From Chloroflexota bacterium (GTDB lineage Bacteria; Chloroflexota; Anaerolineae; Anaerolineales; E44-bin32): 64,000 nt of DNA. A program made the position numbers and the translations under genes. Positions 38,749 through 48,385 of the stretch are shown here, piece after piece; positions within the stretch are counted from its first letter, which is position 1; the number at the start of each line of letters is the position of its first letter. Under the pieces are notes generated by a model. The model worked only from the letters and a program-made list of their open reading frames with translations, did not search any database and was not told the DNA's origin. The stretch spans positions 14,498 to 78,497 of the forward strand of contig JADFRG010000007.1 in assembly GCA_022561385.1 (NCBI GenBank), written 5' to 3'.

Positions 38749-39491
38749 TGCATTACGATCCCACCGTCCACAGCCAGAACGTGACCGGTGATATAGGCTG
38801 CGTCGTCGGAGGCCAGGAACGCCACTGCCTTAGCTACTTCTTCGGGCTGGCCGGAGCGTCCGAGCGGGATCATGCCCAATAGCCGCTCCTTTGCCTCTTC
38901 CGGGGTGTCTTCCCAGATTTCGGTGTCAATGTAGCCGGCGGCCACCGCATTTACGGTGATGTTGCGGGACGCCACTTCGCGGGCCAAGGCTTTGGTCAAA
39001 CCGATCTGACCCGCCTTTGAGGCAGAATAATTTGTCTGACCCGGATTGCCCATCTGGCCCGATATGGAGGCGATGTTGATAATCCTCCCGTAACGCTTCT
39101 TCATCATCAGGCGCACGGCGGCTTTGGAGCAGTTAAATGTGGCCTTGAGATTGGTCCGGATTACGTCGTCCCAGTCGGCTTCCTTCATCAACATGATAAA
39201 GCCATCGCGGATGATCCCCGCATTGTTGACCAGGATGTGTAGCCCGTCAAACTTCTCTACGGCGAACTTCACGAGCCCCTGGGCTTGCTGCATGTCGCCC
39301 ACGTCCGCCTGGTAGGCCAAGGCCTTGCCGCCGGACTTTTCGATGGCAGCCACCACCTCCTCGGCGCTGTCTGCGCGGGTGTGGTAATTCACAACGACGC
39401 TCGCCCCCTGGCTTCCAAGCTCAACTGCCACCGCCTTCCCGATTCCCCTGGAGGCCCCTGTGACGACGGCTACCTTGTCATCAAATCTCAT
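38745..39491 (-). CDS. fabG: 3-oxoacyl-[ACP] reductase (SDR) FabG
   Basis: VAVVTGASRGIG, NNAG, YSASKAG and a PGYIDT-like AAGYIDTE segment. ATG 39491 is chosen over the longer track start. Confidence 0.85.
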   Translation of the reverse strand: MRFDDKVAVVTGASRGIGKAVAVELGSQGASVVVNYHTRADSAEEVVAAIEKSGGKALAYQADVGDMQQAQGLVKFAVEKFDGLHILVNNAGIIRDGFIMLMKEADWDDVIRTNLKATFNCSKAAVRLMMKKRYGRIINIASISGQMGNPGQTNYSASKAGQIGLTKALAREVASRNITVNAVAAGYIDTEIWEDTPEEAKERLLGMIPLGRSGQPEEVAKAVAFLASDDAAYITGHVLAVDGGIVMH

Positions 39492-39810
39492 GAATTTCGA
39501 TCTCGCTTGGCTGAAAAAGAGCCGCACGCGTGCGGCTCGCTCATGTTTCGCTGTGGGAGCGGATTATACCTCCCGCGGGTTTTCCGTTGCCTGGCGAGCT
39601 TCCCCGGCCAAGAGGCCCGATTTCAAAATATCGCGCCGCGACCGGCAAGGCAAGCGCCTTACCCGATGGTCGTCGATAACCAGGAGCGGTTCAAAGTCCG
39701 ATCTTAGGGCTCTGGAGCGAGTGAGCGCTCGCGGGCGCGCGCCGGCTGGCGGAATCAAAGGGCCGGTCTCCTGTGTCTCAATTATCGGTGGAAATGCGGG
39801 TGGCCGCGAC

Positions 39811-40662
39811 TTACTCTTCCCCGAGCAGCCGATCGGCGATTGCGTTGAGCTCTTCGTCAGAATAGTAGTGGATGATCACCCGGCCGCCTCGCTTCGTCCG
39901 GTGCAGGTCCACTCTGGTTCCCAGGGCTCCTTCGAGCCGCTTGGCGAGGTCCATCAGCTGGGGATCGCCGGCTCCAGGCCTGGCCTTTGCACTCGGCGCG
40001 GGCTCCCGGCCCATTCGGCGAACGAGTTCCTCTGCTTGCCGCACGTTTAGATCCTGCGCAAGGATCACTTTCAATGCGGTTCCCTGTTGTTTGGCTTGAG
40101 GCAAGGCCAGCAAGGTTCGCGCGTGGCCCTCGGAGATCTTTCCCGCTTCCAGGGCCGTGCGCACGGCAGCCGATAGCCGAAGCAGTCGCAGCGAGTTTGT
40201 TACGCCGCTGCGGCTCTTCCCCAACCGAACCGCGACCTGCTCGTGAGTCAGTTTGAAATCCTCAATCAGCTGTCGAAAACCTTCCGCGGCCTCCAGCGGT
40301 TTCAGGTCGGAGCGCTGCAGGTTCTCGACCAGCGCCATCTCCAGGCTTGCTTGCGCACCCGCCTCCCGCACGACAACCGGAACTGCAGAAAGGCCCGCCC
40401 GCTTCGCGGCCAGCAAACGACGCTCGCCGGCAATCAACTGATATCCAATATCGGAGGCGACTACGAGCAGCGGCTGAAGGATGCCATGTTGCCGGATGGA
40501 TTGGGTCAAATCCTCCAGCTCACTCTCCGAGAACACCGAACGGGGCTGTCTCGGGTTTGGCTCGATAAGGTCGAGAGAGAGCTCAAGGACACCGGGGCGG
40601 ATTTCGGGACCGGCTGGTATAAGAGCCTCGAGGCCTTTGCCCAGTGCCTGCCTACGCGCCAT
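39811..40662 (-). CDS. parB: Chromosome partitioning protein ParB/Spo0J
   Basis: LGKGLEALIP, NPRQPR, LQPLLV and IAGERRLLAAKRAGL motifs. The internal ATG 40662 is chosen because it gives a short overlap with the parA stop. Confidence 0.85.
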   Translation of the reverse strand: MARRQALGKGLEALIPAGPEIRPGVLELSLDLIEPNPRQPRSVFSESELEDLTQSIRQHGILQPLLVVASDIGYQLIAGERRLLAAKRAGLSAVPVVVREAGAQASLEMALVENLQRSDLKPLEAAEGFRQLIEDFKLTHEQVAVRLGKSRSGVTNSLRLLRLSAAVRTALEAGKISEGHARTLLALPQAKQQGTALKVILAQDLNVRQAEELVRRMGREPAPSAKARPGAGDPQLMDLAKRLEGALGTRVDLHRTKRGGRVIIHYYSDEELNAIADRLLGEE

Positions 40663-41518
40663 GCGAAACTCCGCCGTGGTCCCCAAGCGCGGCTGATCTA
40701 GCATTTTTTGGGATCCCATCTTTGCTAACGCGAACCGCAGCCTTGGCCATCGGGACCCCATCCCTTTCTAGAATCTCCTCCGCGAATTCGCGATAGGCGA
40801 TCCCGCCGGGCGAATTCGGGGCATAGGAGGCGATAGGAATACCGTATGATGGCGCCTCCGCCAGCCGAACATTACGGGGGATCACTGTCTCAAATACGCT
40901 GTCCCCAAAGTGATCCCGCAGTTCATCCGCGACCTCCTTCGACAATCGAGTGCGGGAATCGTACATTGTCAGCAGTAGTCCGCGCACCGCCAGGGCCGGG
41001 AAGAGGCCGGATCGCAGCCTCTGCAAGGTTTGCATGAGTTGTGACAGTCCCTCCAGCGCAAGGTATTCGCATTGGACAGGGATGATAACGCCATTGGTTG
41101 CGGCCACCAGGCCATTCACGGTGAGCAGGCCAAGCGAGGGCGGGCAATCGATCAAGACATAGTCAAAATGTCCACCAAGCGGACTGAGCGCGCGCTGCAG
41201 GGCCCGCTCCCTGTCCGCCATGCCTACGATCTCGACCTGTGCTCCGGCCAGCGCGGGTGAGGAGGGCAGCAGCGTCAGCTTGAGATTGGGGCTGTGGAGC
41301 ACGCAGTCGGTGGCCGGGAGGCGGCCGATCAGAGCGTCATACGTCCCCGCCGTAACGCTTCCTGGTTCGATGCCCAGGCAGGAGGTGGCGTTGGCTTGTG
41401 GATCACAGTCGACAATGAGCACCTTCATCCCGCGACGTCCTAACTCAGCGCCCAGACTGATGGCGGTGGTGGTTTTGCCTACCCCACCTTTCTGATTGAC
41501 CAGGGTATAGGTCCGCAT
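40652..41518 (-). CDS. parA: Chromosome partitioning ATPase ParA/Soj
   Basis: Deviant Walker A NQKGGVGKTTT, DCDPQANAT, and DYVLIDCPPSLG. Confidence 0.9.
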   Translation of the reverse strand: MRTYTLVNQKGGVGKTTTAISLGAELGRRGMKVLIVDCDPQANATSCLGIEPGSVTAGTYDALIGRLPATDCVLHSPNLKLTLLPSSPALAGAQVEIVGMADRERALQRALSPLGGHFDYVLIDCPPSLGLLTVNGLVAATNGVIIPVQCEYLALEGLSQLMQTLQRLRSGLFPALAVRGLLLTMYDSRTRLSKEVADELRDHFGDSVFETVIPRNVRLAEAPSYGIPIASYAPNSPGGIAYREFAEEILERDGVPMAKAAVRVSKDGIPKNARSAALGDHGGVSHGA

Positions 41519-42390
41519 CAGGAGCCCTCTCGACGCAGCGCATCCTGAACCTCGTCCGGGGTAGGGGTGCCCGAAAGCCCCGACCGGCCCACGGAGGCGG
41601 TGGCCAGGCGAATAGCCGTCTCGGCCGCGAGCCAGGGATCTCCCAAGGAGGTGTAACGGCTAAAGAATACCGGGGCGAAGACATCTCCGGCTCCCGTCGC
41701 ATCCAGCTCGTTGGCGGGAGGAGCAGGCATCGATCTCACCTGACCATCCGCCCAAACACGAGCTCCGCCCGGCCCCTTAGTGAGGACCATCACGGAACAT
41801 TGGGTCGCCATATCTTCGGCGGCCTCCTCATCCATATTGAAATCCTCGATGCTGACTACGACCGCATCCGCCACCCGGATGAACTCGGAGGCCGCCTCCC
41901 ATGTCAGGGCGGAAATGCGCCCTGACGAATCCCATTCTCTCATGAGTCCCTGTGGGGTAAGTCCGATGAAGGAACTCTGAAATGAATCTAATATATCGCT
42001 GGAAAACTCGCCGATCAGGGGGGCGACATGGACCAGTCGTGCATTCATCCACTCGGGCGGGATGTCCTCCTGGACCAGGCTTACTGCCTGGGAAAAGATG
42101 GTTTGAATGCGGCCCTCAGGGGTGTAGATATTCTCGAACGAAGTCGACTCTGGGGAAGGTTTGACAACAAGAGTCAGATCGTCGAGCGGCCCAAGATCGA
42201 CTCGTTCCGATGCGGCGGTGATCAGGCCGACCGAGTGACCCAATACATGCGCGGTGAGCCCCGAATAACAGACCGTGCCCCCCAAGGTTATGCCGTCCGG
42301 GGTTCTGTCCTCTGACAAATGTCCGATGAGTAGATAATCAACCGCAGGAAGTGTTGGGGCTGGAGATTCGGATTGAGACGGGTTGCTCAA
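41518..42390 (-). CDS. PfkB-family (ribokinase-like) carbohydrate kinase
   Basis: The C-terminal DATGAGDVF motif and overall length fit PfkB kinases. The substrate is unknown. Confidence 0.65.
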   Translation of the reverse strand: MSNPSQSESPAPTLPAVDYLLIGHLSEDRTPDGITLGGTVCYSGLTAHVLGHSVGLITAASERVDLGPLDDLTLVVKPSPESTSFENIYTPEGRIQTIFSQAVSLVQEDIPPEWMNARLVHVAPLIGEFSSDILDSFQSSFIGLTPQGLMREWDSSGRISALTWEAASEFIRVADAVVVSIEDFNMDEEAAEDMATQCSVMVLTKGPGGARVWADGQVRSMPAPPANELDATGAGDVFAPVFFSRYTSLGDPWLAAETAIRLATASVGRSGLSGTPTPDEVQDALRREGS

Positions 42391-42393
42391 TCC

Positions 42394-43131
42394 TTAACCC
42401 TTGGGGATGACAGTAACTTTACGGTTTGAGCCCTCGCCCACGCTTTCCGTAGTAACGCTAGGATTGTCGCGCAGCTCGACGTGGATGATGCGCCTCTCGT
42501 TCGGCGGCATCGGCTCAAGCTCCATGGTCCGATCCAGATCGGAGGCTTGAGTGGCGATTTTCCGCGCCAGCTGGCGAAGCTGTTGTTCTCGCCTTGCGCG
42601 GTAGCCTTCAATATCGATGACAACTGCAACGGGTCGCTTCAGTTCCTTAGCCACAATCAGGCGCGTGATGTATTGGAGCGCGGTCAATGCTTCGCCCCTT
42701 CGGCCGATCAAGATTCCAAGGTCATCTCCATTTACATCTACCAGCAATGGCTGGATCCGGGCATCCGGATCTTTGGGCCCCCACTTGGCACTTACCTGAG
42801 CTTCCAGTCCCAATCTCTCTACCAGCTCGGCCACCGTGTCGTGGGCGGCCTGAACGGCCTCCGGATCATCATCCGTCGCGGATTCCGTCGCAGGGATCGG
42901 AGCGCCATCCTTTAATGCGGCCTCTTTTTTTGGAGCGGGAACGTCGCCAGCAGGCGCAACCGTCAGCCGCACGCGGACCTGACGAGCTGAGATACCCAGG
43001 AAGCCTCTGCTCCCCTCGTCCAGTACCTCCACCTGCAGGTCGTCTTCGCGGAGGCCCAATTCGGCCGCGCCGCGCGTGACCGCCTCTTCAACCGTGGGTG
43101 CAATCACCTCCAGGCTCGGCTTTTTCTCCAC
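42394..43131 (-). CDS. Jag/KhpB RNA-binding protein (Jag_N, KH and R3H domains)
   Basis: KH region IGRRGEALTALQYI, R3H region LEPMPPNERRIIHVEL. It lies directly downstream of yidC. Confidence 0.8.
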   Translation of the reverse strand: MEKKPSLEVIAPTVEEAVTRGAAELGLREDDLQVEVLDEGSRGFLGISARQVRVRLTVAPAGDVPAPKKEAALKDGAPIPATESATDDDPEAVQAAHDTVAELVERLGLEAQVSAKWGPKDPDARIQPLLVDVNGDDLGILIGRRGEALTALQYITRLIVAKELKRPVAVVIDIEGYRARREQQLRQLARKIATQASDLDRTMELEPMPPNERRIIHVELRDNPSVTTESVGEGSNRKVTVIPKG

Positions 43132-44024
43132 TAGGATCCTTTCCCCCTGGCCTGCTTGCCCGGTGGATTTTTCTTTCCCTTCGCTTTTCCGTCAGACTTG
43201 CCTTTCAAGTGGGCCCGGCCGCTGCCTTCGGATTTCTTGGGCTTCGGACTGGGCTCCGATCGGAAGCGTTTCATGAGAAGGGCCTGACCGATCGCCAAAA
43301 CGTTGCTGACTACGAAATAGAGTGCGAGCCCGGCGGCCAGAGTATAGGCAAACCAACCCAGGAGAAGCGGCATGTAGATGCCCATCATCTGGGTCATTCC
43401 TGCCCCTTGAGCCCCAGGTTGTGGCGGAGTGGTTAGTTTGGTTTGTAGATAGGAAGTGATGATGACGATTACGGCCAGGACAGGAAGTCCATCCCCTACA
43501 ACCGGCAACCCTTCCAGAGCCGGAATTGCAAATCGTTCTGGCTGGCCCAGGTCCATCCATAGAAATTGACTGTTAAGTGGAATGATCGTGGACGAGACGC
43601 TGGTGTATATATGCTTGGAGAATTCCAGCAAAGGCGTAGGGGAGTCGGCCAGCGAGCGAATGATGGCTCCATAGAGTCCGAAGATAACTGGAAGCTGGAT
43701 GATGGTGGGTACACATCCGGCAAAGGGGTTGATCCCCAGCTTCTTATAGAGCTTCATCTGCTCTTCTTGAAGCTTTTGTCGATCTCCCTTGTACTTCTCC
43801 TGGATCTTGATGTACTCCTTGTCTTTCTGGAGTTCCTGCATCTTTTGCGTGCTCTGCTGTTGCTTGTAGGTGAGAGGCAGAGTGATCACGCGGATCAAGA
43901 TCGTGAACACGATAATCGCCAGCCCGAATGCTCCCGCCAGACCCAGCGTAGGACCCAGAAAGTCATAGATGTAAAGGAGGGCATTGATCATCGGATTCAG
44001 GATCAAAGAGTCCCAGATATTCAA
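43131..44024 (-). CDS. yidC: Membrane protein insertase YidC (short, Gram-positive-type) with a Lys-rich tail
   Basis: FGLAIIVFTILIRVITLPLT...GINPFAGCVPTIIQLPVIFGLY motifs. Basic C terminus. Confidence 0.9.
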   Translation of the reverse strand: MNIWDSLILNPMINALLYIYDFLGPTLGLAGAFGLAIIVFTILIRVITLPLTYKQQQSTQKMQELQKDKEYIKIQEKYKGDRQKLQEEQMKLYKKLGINPFAGCVPTIIQLPVIFGLYGAIIRSLADSPTPLLEFSKHIYTSVSSTIIPLNSQFLWMDLGQPERFAIPALEGLPVVGDGLPVLAVIVIITSYLQTKLTTPPQPGAQGAGMTQMMGIYMPLLLGWFAYTLAAGLALYFVVSNVLAIGQALLMKRFRSEPSPKPKKSEGSGRAHLKGKSDGKAKGKKNPPGKQARGKGS

Positions 44025-44048
44025 CTTAAGCTCCTCATGTCCACGATC

Positions 44049-45173
44049 TCAACTAGATCGGCAGCGCTTTTCGCTGCCGCCCGGAGTGAATGACCACAGC
44101 TCGGTGCCGTTCTCGATATCAAAGGCACATAGCAGCGGCTCGCCCCCGTTGGTCGCCACAATGACCGCATCTCCCACCAACAGCGGATCGGTCTGTAATT
44201 CTCCGTCGAGGGGCACGTTCCAGAGTTCTCGGTTGGTCGAAATTTCTCGCGCAATTAGCGTACCCGACTCGGCCGCCACAAAGATCCGATCCTCGCTGAG
44301 AGCAGGCGAGGCGGATATCCTGCCGGGCAAGGTCACATTCCAGATTTCAGCACCGTTGCTTACTTTCACAGCGTGCAGCTGACCCGCCAAGTCGCCGAAG
44401 TACGCCACCCCATCTCCGACAACCGGGCTGCCCCAGATCCAGTCTCCGGCGTTGAAGACCCATGCCACCCGGCCTCGAGCATTGTCGAGCGCGATAAGTT
44501 CCTGACCCAAAGTGCCCGCCAATAACAGGTTATCCGCCAGAACCGGTGAATCCGCAATGGCTCCGCCGCGGTCGCGGTCCGCTATCCATAGTTGACGCCC
44601 CTGAAATAGATCGATGGCGTAAACATTGTGATCCATGGAAGTTAAGAAGACCCGCTCGCCCTCCACCACCGGCGCGGACCAGATAGGATGTTCGAGCGGC
44701 TCATCAAACTCGGGCGGGAAGGCCCAGACCGCTGAACCATCCGAAGTGTCACGCGCGTACAGCCGTCCGTCTCCCGAGGGTACCAGCAACAGGTTGCCCG
44801 CGACGGTAGGTCCACCCACAATCCGTCCGCCACCCTTCCCCAGCTGAATGGGTCCCCACTCGACGGCCCCATTAGAAGTCTTCAGTGCAACAATTTCGTT
44901 TGCGAAATCGCCCACGTAAAGCGTGCCGTGCTCTGAAACGGCAGGCGGGGCGTAAAATGTTCGGCCACTCTCGGGCTCTTCGGGGTAAGACCAGCGCAGG
45001 TCCCCATTGTTTGCATTGACGGCATATACGGCCTGGTCGTACGCCAGGTAGACCGTCTCCCCATCCGAACTCAGTCCCGGCCAACTCGACGCGGTGCGAA
45101 ATCCAGCGCCCGCACATGCGCTGAGCAGGAAGGTGCCGACGATCGAGAGCGGAACGGCTAGCTTCGGATGCAT
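44049..45173 (-). CDS. PQQ-like beta-propeller repeat lipoprotein (BamB-like fold)
   Basis: ATG 45173 gives the signal peptide MHPKLAVPLSIVGTFLLSAC. Repeated ...G.l.A.d...G...W... blades are present. Confidence 0.75.
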   Translation of the reverse strand: MHPKLAVPLSIVGTFLLSACAGAGFRTASSWPGLSSDGETVYLAYDQAVYAVNANNGDLRWSYPEEPESGRTFYAPPAVSEHGTLYVGDFANEIVALKTSNGAVEWGPIQLGKGGGRIVGGPTVAGNLLLVPSGDGRLYARDTSDGSAVWAFPPEFDEPLEHPIWSAPVVEGERVFLTSMDHNVYAIDLFQGRQLWIADRDRGGAIADSPVLADNLLLAGTLGQELIALDNARGRVAWVFNAGDWIWGSPVVGDGVAYFGDLAGQLHAVKVSNGAEIWNVTLPGRISASPALSEDRIFVAAESGTLIAREISTNRELWNVPLDGELQTDPLLVGDAVIVATNGGEPLLCAFDIENGTELWSFTPGGSEKRCRSS

Positions 45174-45175
45174 GC

Positions 45176-45517
45176 CTAGGGTACGGGGTCGTAACCGCCT
45201 TCGCTGAAGGGTTGGCAGCGGGCGACCCGCCAAACGGCCAGGCCAGACCCTTTGACCAAGCCGTGCTTGGCGATCGCCTGGTAGCCGTAGTGCGAACAGG
45301 TGGGGTAGAACCGGCAGGTCCCTGCCGGCAGGATCTTAGAGAATGTCAATTGGTACAGGCGGATGAGGCCCAAACCTGCCAGTCGGGGCAAATTTGAAGC
45401 CGTTATCGGAATATCACGTAGCGCGGGTTCGTTCTCGTGATAATGTTCTTGCTCGATGGCGCGTTCCTCCATCGGGTGGTTGTGTTCTAAGATGGCATCG
45501 TTTCGCGCTGCAGTCAT
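45176..45517 (-). CDS. yidD: Membrane protein insertion efficiency factor YidD (with N-terminal extension)
   Basis: LIRLYQLTFSKILPAGTCRFYPTCSHYGYQAIAKHG...RCQPFSEGGYDPVP. Confidence 0.85.
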   Translation of the reverse strand: MTAARNDAILEHNHPMEERAIEQEHYHENEPALRDIPITASNLPRLAGLGLIRLYQLTFSKILPAGTCRFYPTCSHYGYQAIAKHGLVKGSGLAVWRVARCQPFSEGGYDPVP

Positions 45518-45522
45518 CTTGA

Positions 45523-45852
45523 TTATCCAATCGCCCCAGCCTTCTTTAGCAGATCGTTCATTGCCTCAACCAGCTCTGACCATGGGGCCTCATCGAGTCC
45601 GGGCCGGGCCACAAGGATCAAGTCCCATCCGGCGGCCAATTCAAATTCCTGAAATGCCGCCCGCATGCGACGCTTAGCTCGATTCCGCCTGACCGCGTTT
45701 CCAATGGCTCGGCTGGCTGTGACCCCAAGACGAGCGTACTCGTTGATCGACGGGCTGGCAATCAATAAAACAAGCGGGTGGGCATAGGATTTCCCAGTGC
45801 GCCGCACCCGCCTGAATTCCGTCGTGCTGGTGAGCCTATTCTTAAGTTTCAT
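45523..45852 (-). CDS. rnpA: Ribonuclease P protein component
   Basis: 109 aa and basic, with the RLGVTASRAIGNAVRRNRAKRRMR (RNR) motif. It lies downstream of rpmH. Confidence 0.85.
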   Translation of the reverse strand: MKLKNRLTSTTEFRRVRRTGKSYAHPLVLLIASPSINEYARLGVTASRAIGNAVRRNRAKRRMRAAFQEFELAAGWDLILVARPGLDEAPWSELVEAMNDLLKKAGAIG

Positions 45853-45892
45853 TCGAGGTCATGGAATGGATCGCTGACCTCGCATTGGCTCC

Positions 45893-46069
45893 TCAGGCGT
45901 TCCAGTTAACCTTCTTAACGTGCTGGTTCTTCCGCACCGCCAGCCGGTAGCGGCCTCTCAACCGGCGACGACGTAGAACTGCCCGGCCACCCCGGGTGGA
46001 CATCCGAGCCCGGAACCCGTGGACTCGCGCCCTTCGCCGGATCTTTGGCTGATAGGTTCGTTTTGGCAT
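45893..46069 (-). CDS. rpmH: 50S ribosomal protein L34
   Basis: Not in the ORF track (58 aa). The minus strand translates to [45 protein letters not shown]..., the L34 signature. Confidence 0.85.
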   Translation of the reverse strand: MPKRTYQPKIRRRARVHGFRARMSTRGGRAVLRRRRLRGRYRLAVRKNQHVKKVNWNA

Positions 46070-46130
46070 AGCTTAATCGGCCTTTCTACTGCCGAGGGCG
46101 GATTATACCGCAGGCGCCCCTCAGAGTCAG

Positions 46131-47417
46131 CTATTCGGGCATTCTCTCGATCTTCGCCCCCAATCGCCGCAGTTTTTCATCTATGCCCTCGTAGCCGCGT
46201 TCAATTTGACCGATGTTGTGAATAATGGAAGTTCCCTTGGCGGCTAATGCCGCCAGGACGAGCGCCATTCCGGCGCGAATATCGGGGCTCTCCAAAACTT
46301 CGCCGATGAGCTGAACCGGCCCCTCCACGATGCAGCGGTGCGGGTCGCATAGGATGATCCTGGCGCCCATGGAGACGAGCTTGTCGACGAAGAACATGCG
46401 GCTGGGATACATCCAATCGTGAATCAGGACCGAACCTTCCGCTTGAGAGGCCACAACTATAGCGAGGCTAACCAGATCGGTCGGGAAGGCCGGCCAGGGC
46501 TGAGCCGTAATCTGGGGGACAAAGCCGCCCAGGTCGGGGGTGATCTCGAGCCGATTGCGGCTCTCGATGACGATATCTTCTCCATCTTCGACCCAATCGA
46601 CTCCGAGGCGTTTGAACACGAGACGGATCATACCCAGGTACTTGGCGCCGGCGTTGACGATACGCATACTGCCACCCGTCAGCGCGCCGGCGGCAATGAA
46701 GCTCACGACTTCCAGATAATCTGGCCCGATGGTGTGTTCGCCACCGTGTAATTCTTTTACGCCCTCAATATGCAGCGTGTTGGAGCCAAGGCCTTCAATA
46801 TGGGCGCCGAGAGTTCTTAGGAAGAGGCACAACTCCTGGACATGGGGTTCGGAGGCTGCGTTTCGAATTACCGAGGCGCCATCGGCGCAGACGGCGGCCA
46901 TGATGGCGTTTTCCGTGGCCGTGACGCTGGCCTCGTCGAGCAAGACGTCGGCTCCCCGCAGGCCGGCCTTCGCCCGCATATGGTATTGCCGATCGTTGTG
47001 CTCCACCTCAACGCCGAAGGCCTGCAGCGCCAAGAAATGGGTATCGATTCGGCGGCGACCGATAATATCGCCTCCCGGTGGAGGCAGGTCGATGGCTCCA
47101 AATCGGCTCAACATTGGGCCGGCCAGCAGTATCGAAGCCCGGATGCGGCGACATAATTCCGGATCCAGCTGGCCTCGCTTGGCGCCCTGAGAACGCAGCC
47201 TCAGGGTCGATCCATCCGAAGATTCTGCTTCTACGCCCATGCTCGTGAGCAGCTGGAGCATCGTGGCCACATCGCCTATTTGGGGAACATTGTGCAATGT
47301 GACCTCGCCGGTTGCCATTAGACTGGCAGTCATCAGGGGAAGCGCGGCGTTTTTGTTGCCAGAAGGGAAGACCTCTCCGTTTAGCGGATGGCCTCCCTCA
47401 ATTCGGAAAGATGGCAT
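46131..47417 (-). CDS. murA: UDP-N-acetylglucosamine 1-carboxyvinyltransferase
   Basis: 428 aa, starting F.I.GG..L.G.V..SGNKNAALPLM. The fold repeats and length fit MurA. Confidence 0.9.
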   Translation of the reverse strand: MPSFRIEGGHPLNGEVFPSGNKNAALPLMTASLMATGEVTLHNVPQIGDVATMLQLLTSMGVEAESSDGSTLRLRSQGAKRGQLDPELCRRIRASILLAGPMLSRFGAIDLPPPGGDIIGRRRIDTHFLALQAFGVEVEHNDRQYHMRAKAGLRGADVLLDEASVTATENAIMAAVCADGASVIRNAASEPHVQELCLFLRTLGAHIEGLGSNTLHIEGVKELHGGEHTIGPDYLEVVSFIAAGALTGGSMRIVNAGAKYLGMIRLVFKRLGVDWVEDGEDIVIESRNRLEITPDLGGFVPQITAQPWPAFPTDLVSLAIVVASQAEGSVLIHDWMYPSRMFFVDKLVSMGARIILCDPHRCIVEGPVQLIGEVLESPDIRAGMALVLAALAAKGTSIIHNIGQIERGYEGIDEKLRRLGAKIERMPE

Positions 47418-47419
47418 AG

Positions 47420-48274
47420 TTATCCTTTAATGAGCAATTGAACCTGCTGACCCAGCTTCAGCTTGAGTGTCTGTGCCGCAGAGCCGCGGTTTACGCCGAT
47501 TTCAAGAAGGCCGCTGCTTCCAATATAAGCAAGCCCTTCCCCCTCGGCGACATCATCGAAAGTACGGACGAGAGGGAGCTCGTCGCCACCGGGTAGCCCG
47601 GCAGCCAGATCTTGAGCGGCAAGGAAGGACTCCGGCTCCTGACCCAGCCATGGGGCCAGGCGTATCTGGCTCCCCTCCGGGTGTAATATGCCGATGCTGG
47701 TAATTAAATTTCCGAACGGGTCCTGATGGACGACCTCCCCCTCCACCACCTCTGAACTTACGGATTCCAGACGCGGGACCGGCAGCAGAATTTCCAATTC
47801 TACCGGTGGGCCCAGGTCGTTCAGGGCCGTCCCCGATGCCAGCTGCGCTGCGGCCGGCGCGAAGATGTCTCTGCCGTGAAAGGTGCTGCTGACCTGAGGG
47901 TCCCAGAGTTCAATCACTTCTGGCGTTCCGTCGCGTGAGACCAGGTAGCTGAAAAATCCATTGTCGGGGCCGACGCAGATTTGCGTGTCCCACTTCGCGG
48001 CCACCCCCCGTCGCGCAGATCCGACACCGGGATCCACGACGCACAAGTAAATCGTGTTCGGCGGCAGGTAGGGAGAGGCTTGCCAGAGCATAAACGCGGC
48101 CGCCTGGATGTCACCGCGCGGGACATCATGTGAGATATCGATCAGATTGGCACGGGGGGCGAGGGTGCTGAGGACTCCCTTGAGAACGCCAACATAGATG
48201 CCTTGTGTGCCAAAGTCCGTGAGAAGTGCAATCGAAGATCTTGCCACGAGCAGAGCGAATTCTAACGGACCCAC
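47420..48274 (-). CDS. SAM hydrolase / SAM hydroxide adenosyltransferase family protein (DUF62)
   Basis: LLTDFG, VVDPGVGS, GPDNG, FHGRDIFAP and D.FGNL motifs of the fluorinase-like DUF62 family. Confidence 0.8.
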   Translation of the reverse strand: MGPLEFALLVARSSIALLTDFGTQGIYVGVLKGVLSTLAPRANLIDISHDVPRGDIQAAAFMLWQASPYLPPNTIYLCVVDPGVGSARRGVAAKWDTQICVGPDNGFFSYLVSRDGTPEVIELWDPQVSSTFHGRDIFAPAAAQLASGTALNDLGPPVELEILLPVPRLESVSSEVVEGEVVHQDPFGNLITSIGILHPEGSQIRLAPWLGQEPESFLAAQDLAAGLPGGDELPLVRTFDDVAEGEGLAYIGSSGLLEIGVNRGSAAQTLKLKLGQQVQLLIKG

Positions 48275-48385
48275 GGAGAGGGGTCAACTTGGGAGCCGTC
48301 CCTTATCAGGCTCGATATTGCTTGACATAATCGAGAGCCCAGGGGAGGAAGCCTGAGAAGAACTTAGAAGGCGCAAGGCATAGGC

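Noticed and set aside
45853-46130. A possible oriC, because rpmH-rnpA usually neighbours dnaA and the origin.
   Set aside because: The spacers are tiny (40 bp and 61 bp). No dnaA gene, DnaA-box cluster or AT-rich unwinding element is visible in the window.
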